A stretch of 64,000 nucleotides of DNA, from the NCBI GenBank assembly GCA_965644295.1, contig CBFFRP010000352.1:1-64000 (forward strand). The letters are read 5' to 3'. The first letter of the stretch is position 1; each line of letters opens with the position of its first letter. A program made the position numbers and the translations under genes. The notes below the pieces were generated by a model. The model searched no databases, was not told the DNA's origin, and saw only the letters and a program-made list of their open reading frames with translations. Below, in pieces: positions 14,013 to 27,553 of this stretch. This DNA is from Paraphysomonas bandaiensis. Taxonomy: Eukaryota > Protista > Chrysophyceae.

Positions 14013-14837
14013 TTATCCCATTTTGTCTCAAAAAAAGCTTTTTTTGACCTGATTTTGACTCAACAGGGCGCTCATATCAGCACCGGGCAAATATAGACAT
14101 TCAACTTCAATATTCGGTTCAACAGAAGCTCACTTCTATCTTCATTATGATAATGACAGTCATATGTACGTGATTTCATTATAGTACACAATTATAGAGA
14201 AACCACAATCATGAGCCAAATATCAAGAGCAGATCATCTAACACTCCAGGTTATATTCCATCCTTCGACTGCTGTAGAAAATCACAACGATGTCAGTGCA
14301 AGTGATCTGTCTTCATATCCAGGACTTCGAAACAACTTCAAGAATATTACAGGAGAGTTTAAGTACCATATCTGATGCTATATAGGTGGTTAGGAGCAGT
14401 GACACCCAGTTCTTTCAGGGTTTGAGCCATATCGTGCTTCTCAGGATATTGTGTGTCTCATATCATACACACATCTTTCGATCAGGTGCAACTTGCAGAG
14501 GTAAAGCCTGCTGTATATAAATGTGATGATGATGCTAATTAAGGCAATAAGAGGCATCTCTTTCACCTTCAACTGTTTTCATTTATCATCACACTTACAG
14601 TGTATACATATCATTGATTTGAAACTATATGAGTTCTCATTTGTGTTATTAATGTTAATCAAGGAACATCTATTTCTTAATACAGCAAGCATGCTACAAA
14701 TAGCTATACAATCTAATATTAACTTTTCAACGTCATGAGGATAAGCTACAATTTAACCTAGGGATAAGGAGTATCGTCCCTTGTCAAAATTTTGAACGCG
14801 GGACGATATAGCCTCCTTATTGCCCGTGGTTAAATAT
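14013..14837 (+). mobile_element. Dispersed repeat family A, copy 1 (non-coding, hairpin-ended)
   Basis: Shares long blocks (e.g. tatagacattcaacttcaatattcggttcaacagaagctcacttctat; gaggataagctacaatttaacctagggataaggagtatcgtccc) with 43645-45194 and, inverted, with 59692-60742. Confidence 0.85.
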
Positions 14838-15964
14838 AACTATACTTTTTATATTATTAGCATACTTATAATAAAAAAATAGCCTATGGCGCAATTGCTT
14901 TAGTGGAATTAAGGAAAATAGATTAAGTTTAATTTATAGAATAGTTTGTGAGTTGAAAATCTAAGCCAACGCGCCTACTATGGTGTGGCTATGGTGATAT
15001 AAATAAGTGGTGAGGCAATATAACTGTGGGGATTATATGGCCTCATTATTTTTAATACCTACTAGTACCTACTACTATGCACTTAATCACTTAATCAGCA
15101 CCCAACAACGTCACACACGCTACATCAAAACAATGCATATCGCAACAGCACAGTTATAACAAATTATATAATCTTGTTGAGTGCAGATTGATTGATGTAA
15201 TGGTAGGTTGTGTTCCACTTTTTCGGATACGTAAGTAATGTACCATAAATAGGCAACCCGGTACTGTATTGTGAAGTAGTAGTAAGAGAATATTTACATC
15301 ATAAGAGCTGTAAATCATCTAGAAAAGAAGCCTCTCGCCTCCTGTTTTTTTGTATTTTAATAGAACCGCCAGTAGTAACCGAATAACCATGAGTATATAG
15401 TTTACTATTATATATACATAATATTCAAACGCGTACTTTTTAGCGAGTGTATGCATAGTGAACACATGGGTATATTGGCTTTTAAGCATTTTACTTATTT
15501 AGATCTGAAAGGAGAGTTATGTTCTTAGAATAGATACATAATTATTATTGCATAAGCAATTATGCATTGTCATGTAAAATACATCAACTTCTTTCATTGT
15601 CACACTCTGATTTCCGTATCTTGAATCATCATGGTACTTCAGTTTCACAGTTATATCTATGTAGCTATATAGTACTTTGACTATGTCTTACAGTTTTCTC
15701 ACATTGTATTAACGAATTCTACATCTCTATCTATGTATTTCCACAGAGTATTTACTATTTAGATTATGTCTCAGGATGTTGTCCGGCATCGTTGCTTCAA
15801 TTGCTGCACATATCAAATGCTACTTGAGACGATTCAAAACTATAGGCTCTACAAGAAGTAGCTTTTTACTCGTCATCCAATAATATAAAATCCAATATTG
15901 AGTTTGACATGCAACGGAGTTTCCCTCCGAAAACGAAACGAACGTGCCTACTAACCACTACTGC

Positions 15965-17025
15965 TTAATCTGTCTTCAGACTAAATAATTCCGTAGTAAT
16001 TCCAGTTTTTTTAATGAGCTTGATCTCGACAGAATCACCAGTGTATATGTCTCTCTCAGTTGCAGTCACAAAAACATCCTTGATAATCGCCACCGCTTCA
16101 TCAGCAGTCAATCTGTGATTCGGATCGTGGCGGTTTTTGTGTCCAATCTGTGAATTGTCATCGTAACATGTCATGCAATAGAAAATATAATCTTACAAGA
16201 TTGTCCAATATGGGCATGATAAAATTCTGGCCAGATCCCATGGCGCCATATTCATCACGCTTAAAGGAGCCGATGGCATCATACCCATACACAGCCCCAC
16301 GACCTGAGATGTTGTGAGATGTCGAAAGAGTTACAAAGGTAGAAAAAATAATATTGAATGCCAAAAGTACGCACCTTCTTCATCCAGGCCAGCAACCAAG
16401 CAGAAGCAATAATACGGAAAGAACCGGCGGTAATATAGCGTCACACTTAGAAGTTGCGCAGCCGCGCTAGTACTCATTACTTTGTTGTTACCGTGCTCAT
16501 ACCTGTACACAGAATTAACATATCCATATAAATATCAGTCATACATACTGTGTAAGTCGAGCAGAAAGAATCCTTCTCAAAGTGTCCACATCTGTCATAC
16601 ATCCAGCGGTTGCTAACACGGTCTTGTCAGTCCTACAAGATGTCGTCATTAAGAATAATCTTTAAATTCAAAAAACAAAGCATAGTAGACACTAACATTT
16701 CATATAGCTTTGTTTGGTTTCTAGATAAGATTTCATATCCCGTGCTCATTCTTGTACATCCTGCAGCGATAGCAAAGTCCTCACCTGCAATGACGACCGT
16801 GGTCCTGGTACAGATGGTTAGTTGCAAGCAATATAGGACAATAATAGCTACCCTCCGTTAAAATCATACGGTTCGAATCTGCGCTCTAAAGGGGTTGTTT
16901 TTGCCGAATCAATTTCTACAGCCTGTAAAGGGAGTTCAACAGCACCGTCTGTACTCCAAATATACGCACTGTCCAAAGCAGTATAAGCTACGGTCAAATA
17001 ACACAACAACGCACCTCGATGACAT
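15965..17025 (-). CDS. PSMB1: 20S proteasome subunit beta type-6 (PSMB1/Pre7), multi-exon
   Basis: [11 protein letters not shown]|[55 protein letters not shown] at 17025 with an 11-nt first exon and a GT-AG intron giving [12 protein letters not shown]. Confidence 0.95.
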
Positions 17026-17273
17026 CACGTCCCCTATTTAAGAAAAGATAATGCCTTGAGCTTGTTCTCCTTAGAGTCAATAATGCAGAACAAGTGAGCA
17101 CTGAGGCCGCCTGGTCAGATACAATGACAGAGAGTGCTGCTAGTACGTAGTATACCGGTATATACACTGCTGTAGGCTGTAGGGCAATCAGTCCAGTGAA
17201 CTGGCCACTACTTCCCTGCATGGAGAAGCTGCACGTGTTCCACATGCAATCCACAGGCAGTAGTAACTCTAAT

Positions 17274-19257
17274 ATGACTATTACAGAGGCAACGGTTGGT
17301 ATTTCCTCATTTGCTAACGAATGTATTTCCTTCTCGGGAGTAGTTAAGCAAGTAATGCGTTGAGTTTGTTTCACGATTGATATTGAGAGTTTTTTTTCAG
17401 ATATGCTCAGACTTTATTGTACGAGAAGTACACAGGGATGGTACTATTGCTAGAATTAATGATGAAAGCTTCGATCAAATGGTGTCAGAGTCTTCAGTGG
17501 ACGAGGAATTGTTGAATGCGGCCAAACTGTCAGGCTATTTGAGTGAGCTTCTCACACTAGACTGCAAAGAATCTTTGCGATTATTGGAATTCTTAAAACA
17601 GTGTGTGAATCGTGATGATAGCTGCTCTACTTACTTTACAGTTCCCTGTCCGTCCAGAGATATTCGAACCCAGGCACACAACAGCGTAAAGAATTGTTTG
17701 AGTGTACGGAATAGCCGATAATAATACCGGTGTTTTATTAATTTGCAATACAGAAAGCAATAGAGTCAGACACTGTAAAGATTGAAGGAATTCAATACCT
17801 GCGGTTGAATGCACGGCACAAGATCTCCACTCAACGATCTCGTAAACGACCCCGCGAGAACCCCGTTCCAGGTTCTGGGGAGTACCTACAGTTCCAACTA
17901 TTGAAAGAGGGGATTGATACGATATCTGCAGTTCATCATATTTCGAGGTGCACAGGTGTCAAACACAGTGCTATTGGGTATGCTGGTGTGAAAGACAAAC
18001 GAGCTGTTACAGTACAATGGATGACAGTACACAACTGCAAAGCCTCAGTTTTGCGTCAAGTCACTCACCCGAAGGGCGCAACTATATGCTTGGGAGATTT
18101 ACGCTATGGTGTGTAATGCGTTATGTAAAACACAGACTTGATATGACATTGTCTTTATGATTTCAGTAAATGCTCCTCTGCATCTTGGAGACTTGAGCGG
18201 CAATCGATTTGAAGTTACTCTACGAGAGGTGTCTGCGGGTATGGATGCTGTGTCATCAGCATGCGATGGACTAATGGCAAATGGATTTATCAATTACTAC
18301 GGCCTGCAGAGATTTGGCTCTACTGGAGTGGGATCACATGTAATAGGCCGACACATATTGCGGTGTGAATGGCGTGAAGCTATCAATACAATATATGCCC
18401 AAAGTACTTCAGATAGCAAAGGCGTAAAAGAAATGAAGGAAAAAGTTTCCCAAGGGTTGTATGCTGAAGCTATGGAAAGGTGTCCACAACGTGGGTATTT
18501 AGCAGAGCGACGTGTGCTAGAAGGCTTGTTACGAGATGATAAGGATGCTTTTGGTGCGTTACAGAGGATACCTCGATCCGTTAGATTAATGTATATCCAC
18601 GCTACTCAGAGCTATTTTTGGAATTTGGCAGCCAGTCATCGTATTAGTTCTTACGGTAGTTCAAATTGCGTTGAGGGAGATCTTGTAATATTGACTGATG
18701 AGACTGCCTTTTCCACAACCGGCGCTGATGACGGCAGCAGTACTCGGGTTGTAACTGTCTCTCAAGATGATTTAAAAACTAATCGATTTAGTATACATGA
18801 TGTAGTCATCCCCATTGTGGGATCAGAGTCGCTTTTCCCCACTAACTCAACTGGATGTTACTTGCGTAAACTCCTTGCGGATTGGGGAATTGACCATGAG
18901 AATATAGGCACCCACCCAATGTTTTCTATCAAAGGATCTTACAGAAATCTCATTGTGCATCCAAGAGAATTTCACTGGAAGGCAGTCGATCGTGATGTGG
19001 ATTCAACGCCAAGAGATATAACAGCGCTGAGGCGACAAGGACTCCAGAAGCGCAACAAGGCGTTGGAAGCTGTAAGTTTAGCAACTGCGTCAACGCTGGG
19101 TCCAATGTTTGCAGTGCTGCTGCATTTCACTCTTCCTCCTGGGTCTTACGCTACCATGCTCCTGAGAGAGCTACTGAAATTCACGAATACACCTGATGGA
19201 ATACCTGTAGAGAATACTGATGTTAATGATAGTGGCAATGATGATGATATGCTCTGA
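17274..19257 (+). CDS. PUS7: tRNA pseudouridine synthase 7 (TruD family)
   Basis: GISSF..FSGVVKQ|ICSDFIVREV, catalytic GYAGVKDKRAVTVQ, GDLSGNRF, GFINYYGLQRFG, FTLPPGSYATMLLRE. Confidence 0.95.
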
Positions 19258-19341
19258 AATAAAGTTAAACAGCATCAATAATTAATATTTCTAACATTGA
19301 AATTTGTAGCAAATGCTAGAGTAAGAAAGGAAGTGAACTAT

Positions 19342-20360
19342 CATCGGTGGACCTCAACCTATAGGAGACATATAGGTACTTTATTAATTAAATCTCCTGG
19401 TACCTATTAGGAACTTGTCTAGTACCTATAGGTACATTTTAGCTCAATAGGTAGCACCTGTACCAGCTTCAGATAGGACCACCTATAGGTGGGTCCTATT
19501 TCTTGGTACCTAATAATTGCATTAGGAACCCCTATTAGGCATTACCTTTTTGACCTATAGGTACTAAGCAAGTTCCTAATAGTGACCTATAGGCACAAAC
19601 AAGTTCCTAATACGGACCTATAGGTACGACCTATACGTGTCCTATAGGTACTAAAACGTTCCTAGTAGGTACTTATCGGTACCTGTAGGTACTACCTATT
19701 CTTGCTACCTATAGGTGGCAAGACCAGCTATAGGTAGGTCCTATTTATTGGTATCTAATATTTGTATTAGCAACCCCTATATTGATAGTGAAGGTGACGG
19801 CATGTAATTCCTCTATAATTTATATTTCCCTGCTTACTTAAGTGACGTGAATAGTCATTTTTCACAACTATAGTACAACTTACTGATAATGGAATTGATT
19901 GCTAGCCAGATAGACACTGTGCTTTATCCGTCCTAGGTAGATAGGCTATCTGTCCTATACTTCTTATAGGTAATGTGGGCTAGCACCTATAGGTAGATGA
20001 CAACTAACCTATAGGTAATACCTAGGGCCGAGATACCTATAGGTATGATGTTATGGTACCTATAGGTAATACCTACGGCTGAGGCACCTATAGGCATGAT
20101 GTTGTGGTCCCTATAGTTAACGTGCGCTAGCATCTATAGGTAGATGACAACTAACCTATAGGTAATACCTACGGCTGAGGCACCTTTAGGTAATGTGGGC
20201 TAGCACCTATTGGTAGATGACAACTAACCTATAGGTAATACCTACGGTCGAGGTACCTATAGGTGGTGAGCTATAGGTAGGGTTGCTAGGAATACCTACA
20301 GGTAGGTACCTAATAGGTATGCATGAAGTACCTATAGGTACCTAATATGGCCCACCGATG
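19342..20360. mobile_element. MITE-like element with short TIRs, filled with palindromic ACCTATAGGT repeats
   Basis: Starts CATCGGTGG (19342) and ends CCACCGATG (20360). Dozens of (A/T)CCTATAGG(T) variants lie inside, with longer tandem units in the right half. Confidence 0.7.
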
Positions 20361-20954
20361 CATTCAGAATTTCAAGACATGTTAAATTTAGAGGCATGAT
20401 TACCATCGCTCGTTTGTCATTAAATGCGAACAGCACAGCAAGGCCAGTAATTTCACTCCAGTCAACGATATCTATCTATATAACTTATCGTGATTCATTA
20501 ATATAGGAACTAGTAGTGAGTAAGATAAACGATATGTAATAGTGCTATGTATTATATATTTAATTGGAAACTAATTTTCTACACCTTTCCGTCCTGCAAT
20601 TATGTCTCGAACAATCCGTTCCTTCTCTCCGACAAATACATCAGGACCAACCATCATAAATAGCCCTCCTTGTACCATAATGGTTCCTAAGACAGACTAT
20701 ATAGCAAATATTAGTGCCAATAGTTACAATGTTCACGGATTCCTTACCACTATAATTTTTCCTTGAAGCGAAAGCTTCCTCCAAACTTTGCTGCCCATTT
20801 TAAACGATAGATGAAGTTAATACACTTCCGCTGTAAAGACAGTTGATATCAATTGGCGTAGATGGAACTATGATGATTGTATGAACTCCAGAACTGTATA
20901 CTGGCCCGGATGTGTATATTCCGAACGGTACGTGTATACAGCAGTCTAGACTTC

Positions 20955-21105
20955 ATATACATGTATGTTGGAATGTATGTATGTATGTAGCCTAGCGTAT
21001 GTATGTATGTAGCGTATGTATGTATATACATGTGTATGTATGCATGTATGTATGTATGCATGCATGTACATATGTCTGTATGCGTATCTATCTATACGTA
21101 TGCTT
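20955..21105. repeat. Degenerate (TATG)n microsatellite
   Basis: Imperfect tatg/tgta runs upstream of the kinase gene. Confidence 0.8.
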
Positions 21106-21229
21106 GATACCAACCAGGCAGTATGCTGCATGGCATATATACCTAAATTTCGCATATAAGCTAACGAGAACAGAGCTTACAACGGTGTAGTTTCTGGTGG
21201 TGAAGTGAAGCTTCTGAATTTATTTCATC

Positions 21230-23169
21230 ATGTCACTATTTCTTAAAGAGGAGGTAACAATCAGCGGACATCAACTGATAGTGAAGGAGCGGATTGCGGA
21301 AGGAGGATTTGGCTTTGTTGATCTTGTATGTAACCCACAAACAGGGCAAGAGTTTGTTGTAAGTGTTTACTAGTGAAGTTTGTGTTATTTTTATGGTTAC
21401 TATTTATAGTTAAAGCGATGCGGTATTCAACGACAAGAGAATTATGATACTGTAAATAAGGAAATTACCTTATTACGCCGTTTCAAAGATGTCCATATAG
21501 TTCATCTAATTGCATCAGAAACTGTTACCAATGGTGGTAAACGAGAGGCTCTTATTCTGCTCGAATATTGTCCTGGAGGTCATTTATTGACGAAGCTAAA
21601 TGCAAGACAAGGAAGTCCTCTTGCGTTGTCGGAAATATGCAGAATATTTGGCCAACTGCTGCGGGCTGTGCAACCTCTACATGCAAGCTCTCCTCCAGTT
21701 GTGCACCGGGACCTCAAACTCGAAAATGTCCTGTTCAGTTTGGATGGCTCTGTGAAGCTTTGTGACTTCGGATCTTGTGTGATGGGCTATGTCCCTGTGC
21801 GAACTCCTGAGGAAAAGTCCAAGGCGGAAGAGGTTATTAGCAAGGAAACCACCCAGATGTATAGAGCCCCTGAGATGGTGGACTTATACATCAGAGATGA
21901 ACTAACCGAGAAAACAGATATATGGGTGGGTATAAATCTACTCTCTTTTACTTGACATTATTATATACTATACTTTTAATTTTTCTGATGCATTATCCGC
22001 AGGCTCTGGGGTGCATTTTATACTGTCTATGTTTTATCACGCACCCATTCCAAGACGCTGGCAACCTCGGCATTCTTAGTGCTAAGATCAGTATGCCACA
22101 CAATACCTCTATTCCAGAAGACATGAAGATACTCATCATGCGACTGCTCGATATGGAACCGGAAGCCCGACCCAGTGTACCGCAAATTGCTGAAGCTATC
22201 AACGCAATCCTAACAGGAGCCCCGTTGCCTCCATATGAGTTGAGCGATATTGCAAAACAACGCAAACAAGAGCGAATCGATGCCCAGAATCGTCGTGCAC
22301 AGTTACAGAAGAAGAAGACTCCAAATGTGCTGCCTACACGTGAGCACGTCCCACTCGCTGCCAATTCTGTAGCGGCGCGCCGACTGGCAGCTAAAAGGGC
22401 AGGGGGCGGGGGGATTACTGAGGTGGCAGGGGCTATTCCTCATCCCGGTTACGCATCTAAGCCAAGTACTGCACCCACATCCTCAGCTCGGGAGGGAGGG
22501 TCTGATATGTTCTTCAGTACGGAGAGCAGTGAGCCTGCCCCTATTCGTCCTGCTGCTCCATCTACCTCTGATGGTCTAGATCTATTCGACTCATCTCCAG
22601 CTTCTTCGCAGGCAATGCCATCTCAATCCGCCACTGCGTCTAGTGCAAGCTTTTTTGATGATTTTGCAACCCCAGCTACTAATGCCAGCTCTCAGTCATC
22701 CGCTGACCCGTTTACAAGCAATGACTTCTTTTCTGCTGCATCGACTGCGCCTCAATCTAAAGCGCCTGCACCTTCTGCTGAATTTGATGCATTTGGAGAT
22801 TCTGCTCCCGTGGCATCTACAGGAAGCACATCAGGAACTGGGTCAGGCGGATTTGATGCCTTTGGTGGAGGAGATCTACTGAGTGATATGTCGTTTGCTA
22901 CTGCCCCCCCACAGTCGCAGGAGCAGAAGACGAAAGGGGTGCTCAGTCTTTTCGATACTCCTCAACAGGGCAGAGTTTTACCCGGACAGCACCATGATCC
23001 TTTTGCTACTATGGGAGGGCATGGAGGTGGGTACAACCAACAAGGAATGTATGGTATGCCGCAGCAGTATCAACAAGGGAGAGGTATGCCGGGCGTGGGG
23101 ATAAGACCACAGCAGATGCAACAGCAGGAGGAAGACCCCTTTGGATCTCTCGGCGTTCTCAAGAAGTGA
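21230..23169 (+). CDS. NAK family Ser/Thr kinase (AAK1/BMP2K/GAK-like)
   Basis: ATG at 21230 (MSLFLKEEV..IAEGGFGFV), LEYCPGG, PPVVHRDLKLEN, KLCDFGS, TTQMYRAPEMVDLY, EKTDIW|ALGC. Low-complexity tail with three DPF motifs. Confidence 0.93.
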
Positions 23170-23452
23170 GCACAAGTATCTCTATTGCAATGAATTAATC
23201 TGGCATTTGTGGAGGCGTAGTAATTATGGGTGAACATGCGCCTTCAACAGTGTTTCATTTTTTAGTAAATGCTTCTGTTTGTTCTCTATATTTTGTCTCA
23301 AGTAATAAGGAACTGATTGATAAAGTAACACACTTTTATTTACGATTGGTGGTTGGGTATTTTAGAATTTAGCATATATATCGCTTGCAGCCGTATAATT
23401 TACGACGTAATTTCGTACAGAAGCGCACGCAAAATAAAATTACACAACAATA

Positions 23453-25068
23453 TTATTGCAAAAATAAGCGTTCAAACTCAGTCAATGGCAACGCAGTGGT
23501 AGACTTTCCGTTGTAATTAAAGCTAAGGGGCTCCATATCATAATAAACGTTAACAAATACATTACCACCATCACTTGAAGATTCACGATAAACGAGTTCA
23601 AACATAAGCACAGATCCTGTACATAATACATAATTCAAAGTGCTGTAAATCTGTAGGGATCACATTGACAGAGAATCCTAACATAGTACACTACTATCAA
23701 TCATACAGTACTTACCATAGTGTGGCCAGAAACTGGCGTTGTTGGGAGAATGAACAAGAGAAGAGTTGATAGCATGATGTAGTCCTAGTAGATTTACATC
23801 ATGGCCACTAAACAGAACAACATCCACCAGTCCATCTGATGGCTTCGGCTTCTAAAAAAATAACACATACGAAAGAATTTGACGAGAGAACTGTGATGTA
23901 TATACAGTAGTGCATATCACCTGAAAACGATGAAGGGCATCATACGTATCCCGTAACATTGGGCGAACTGAATGTTCAAGGTGCTCTGGATCGGAATAGT
24001 ACTTCCTGTACCGACTGCCAATATAACGCATCATAGGCTCATGAAGATGTAGAATCTGCAACACAGCCAAACAAAGTTATATTTTTATAAAATGATAATA
24101 TTTCGCACAATCGACGTTATATGGTTATCGTTGTGTATAACAGGTAAGTGACTAGAGTATATAGCAGTTCATCCAGGCAGTGGTACAAACGTGACGCGCC
24201 TTACCGACGGATGAACAGGTAACGAGTGTGCAAGTCGACAGCTAAAGTAGTCCAACGCAGCCATCCAGCTCAAGACCTGTACACTATCACCACTTCTCGT
24301 TGTACCTATGACAAAAACAAAGATAAAAAGGTAGATGTGATAGTCGACGGTTATCAACTGCCTCGTACCTAGCTCCGGAATGGTTCGTAGTATAGTATAT
24401 CCAAGTTCTTCCATAACTTCAGATTCTGCCAACTGAAACTCCTCTTGCTGCTGCACCTGTTCAATATTTAAAAGTTGTGTATTGCACTACAGACAGCTAT
24501 ATACCTGGCGAGTAAGACGCTTAGCGAGGTCGGCCTTACCTTCATAAAAACTCATAGCACACTCAGCGCTCTCACGAACCTACAGAGTTAAGTAAAACTC
24601 GTACGCCAATCTAAAATGTGCGAACAGACATTTACGGGAACTCCTTCTGATGCTTGTAGCCCAGACAAGAAACACTGGGCACTGACCTATTGAGGAATAT
24701 GTGAACATGATCTTGTGAAGCTGAAGTGAGCACAGTACCTGCGTACGCTGATAGTTCGTGGCATAAACATTCAACGACCCAATCTTCGAAAGTGGTGCAA
24801 ACTTTTTCCGCACTTGTCTCCCGATATCTTCCATATACTCAATCCCTTTTTGAGTAATACATCCAAACGGATGTGTTTCAAGGTCACGTTGCATGCGGTT
24901 CTTCTTGTGGACATTAACAGGAAACCTTTCCGATAAGCTTTCCAATTTATCACTACTGGCTAGTAATGATTTCCATAAATCTACTTCAGCAGTGGTCTGG
25001 AAGAGGTTCTTCGCAGGAGCTCTCTGTCCGTGTCGATGAAATATCACATATCCTAAAGTCGATCGCAT
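23453..25068 (-). CDS. Histidine acid phosphatase (His_Phos_2 family), multi-exon
   Basis: RHGQRAP nucleophile motif, ATNYQRTQ, FSGHDV proton-donor motif (about 23800), WPHYGS..FEL. Confidence 0.88.
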
Positions 25069-25516
25069 TGCAACTGTCGTCCCGAATACGACAATCCACA
25101 CCGATAACAGAAATATTAAGAGATTAATTTCGTTGGTTAAGGAGTGAGAGATTGAGTAAGGGTTGTCCGACTGACAGGCTATCTTTGAACGACCTTTGCA
25201 TATTCTGTTCTGCTCTTGCAGACTGCCTGTGCTGTGTACGTACAGTATATGTAACATATCCCAGTATACAGACAGCTACATACAGCAGTATATGTTTGGA
25301 GGGTTGCTGTACGTACATAGAAAAGCAGACTATTCAGTAGAATCTTGACCGAAAACCTTATATTTTGTGTACCACAAAGTAAAATAAAGTAGCTAAAATG
25401 CGCCATTATGCTACTGCAGTATGATTGTACGTATCTTTATGAAGGCAGAGAGTAAGTAAGTTATAGCTATGAATGATAATGAATCGACTGATAGCTAGCT
25501 CTCATATATATAAATT

Positions 25517-26873
25517 ATGACCGGCAGGATAACTCTCGTACTCACAACTTGTTTGCTAATAAGCTGCTTTATCTACACTTACCAGTCGACTGAAGTATGT
25601 AGTGGTGACTCCACCTGCAGCAGCTATGAGCACTCTATGGTCTCCTTACGAGCGGATATCTTATCTCTTCTAGACGAACATCACTGTGATCCTCTTTTCG
25701 TTCGATTGGCATGGCATGATGCTGGAACTTATGATGCAAGTGTGGGAACCGCTAAGTGGCCGAAGTGTGGTGGGGCGAACGGATCTATTAGATTTCAACC
25801 TGAAATTAACTACGGCGCTAATTCCGGTCTCTCCATTGCTTTGGAGTTGCTGAGTGGTCTGAAAAGCAAGTACCCAACTGTGAGCTGGGCAGATATCATT
25901 CAGATGGCATCTGCGGTTGCAATCGAGCATAGTGGTGAGTATCTTTTTACTCCTTGTTACAGTTTGACAACTTTCATTGACAACGTTGACCAGGCGGTCC
26001 AGAAATAGACATGAAGTACGGGAGAATAGATGTAGCGTCTTCTGAAGAATGTGCTCCTGATGGAAACTTACCAGGTTGGGCTCATATGACTTCATAAGTT
26101 TAACTATTAATTTCTTACAGTGGGAAAATCACCTTTTCCACATGGCACTTCTGGTGCAACGCACCTTCGCCGGGTAAATGTACACTTTAAAAGCCACATA
26201 TTTGACGAGAACTATTATGGGTAGGTGTTTTATAGGATGGGATTCGGAGACAAAGAGATTGTCGTACTCAGCGGAGCCCACACCTTGGGTCGTGCTCACA
26301 AAGACCGTAGTGGGTTCGGCAAAGAGGTGGGGAGTTAACGTTATTTGATGTGTGATTTATATTTTGCCTTACTGGTATTCTTACTTTACAGAGTACACAA
26401 TATACCACTGGGGATGTGGATCCTTCCGGCAGGGGGGTAGTTGATTACGGTCGTGAGGTCAGCGCTTTGCCTTTTCGAATCGTGCATAGTAACACAGTGA
26501 TACGTAGGGCGGAAGCAGTTGGACGAAGAACTGGCTAGAGTTTGATAATAGCTACTTCATTAATCTAATGAATACCGTTGGTGATCAGGAACTGCTAAAG
26601 CTAGGTACTGCACTATTGTCCTCACGATGACACCAACGAATAGTTTATTTTAGAGACCGACGAGGCGCTGGTGGTTGATGATGGGTTTAGGAAATATGTG
26701 GAGCTATATGCAAAAGATTTGAAAGCATTCTTTCAAGATTATGCTGCGGTATGTAGCAGCTGTATTATATATTGAACCTTCTGTTGCCTTTTTTGAGTTT
26801 AACAACGCAGGCGCATAAAAAGCTGTCTGAATTAGGAGCGAGATTTAATCCTCCTGATGGGATTGTCATATAG
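25517..26873 (+). CDS. APX: Ascorbate peroxidase (class I heme peroxidase) with N-terminal signal peptide, multi-exon
   Basis: [92 protein letters not shown]. Stop TAG at 26871-26873. Confidence 0.93.
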
Positions 26874-27428
26874 TCTCGGGATTTAATATAGACGTACCGA
26901 AAATTAACAGTACGTTATTTTAAAGTAGAAATACTTGAGACAGAACTAAATATGTGTTTCTATTTTAAATTAATTTCCCAGTCACTATGATTAGTGTCAA
27001 TTTTTTCATCATGATTTTCTAATTATATGATGAGAAATAGTTCAATAAAGTGGTCACACAGAAGTATACTTCTACAGTTTTTAACGGAAGTAATTGCACC
27101 TTGGTGCTTGCGACGCACAAACAGCTTCTGTAGCGTTAAATAGTAGGATAATGGAATTTGTATGGATTAGTTATGGGTAGGGGTCTAACTAGTATGTCTA
27201 GAATTCAACTAGCCACTATATTGGCACGAGTTTTTAACGCCTATTGCCAAATAAAAAGACTTTCAATATACTTCTACAGTTTATGTTAACATATGAATAT
27301 TATATATAACAATAGCAAAAGCTTCCTCTCCATCATGATTGCAAGAAATAAAATTCGACTTAAAATATGAAACCATTAAATAAAAGATTAGATTAGTTAT
27401 AAAGTATACGAAATGCGATACTAGAGCA

Positions 27429-27499
27429 ATACTCAGTAAAACATCAGGACTCCTCTGAAACTTCACTCAGATGGCTCCGTCATTCTCTTACAAAAGTAA
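27429..27499 (-). promoter_or_regulatory. Candidate SECIS element in the GPx 3' UTR
   Basis: Minus strand reads UACUU-UU-GUAAGA-GA-AUGAC-GGAGCCAUCUGA-GUGAAGUU-UCAGAGGAGUCC-UGAU-G-UUUUAC-U-GAGUA. This gives helix I, an AUGA/UGAU kink-turn core, a ~12-bp imperfect helix II and an AA in the apical loop, about 55 nt after the stop. Confidence 0.75.
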
Positions 27500-27553
27500 T
27501 TGCCTAAATCGCAATCATATACTTAATTCATTATCTATCTAACCCTAAGAAGT

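Noticed and set aside
19342-20360. CRISPR-like appearance of the spaced palindromic repeats
   Set aside because: Repeats are short and degenerate, spacing is irregular, the intervening sequences are themselves repeated, the context is eukaryotic and there are no cas genes.
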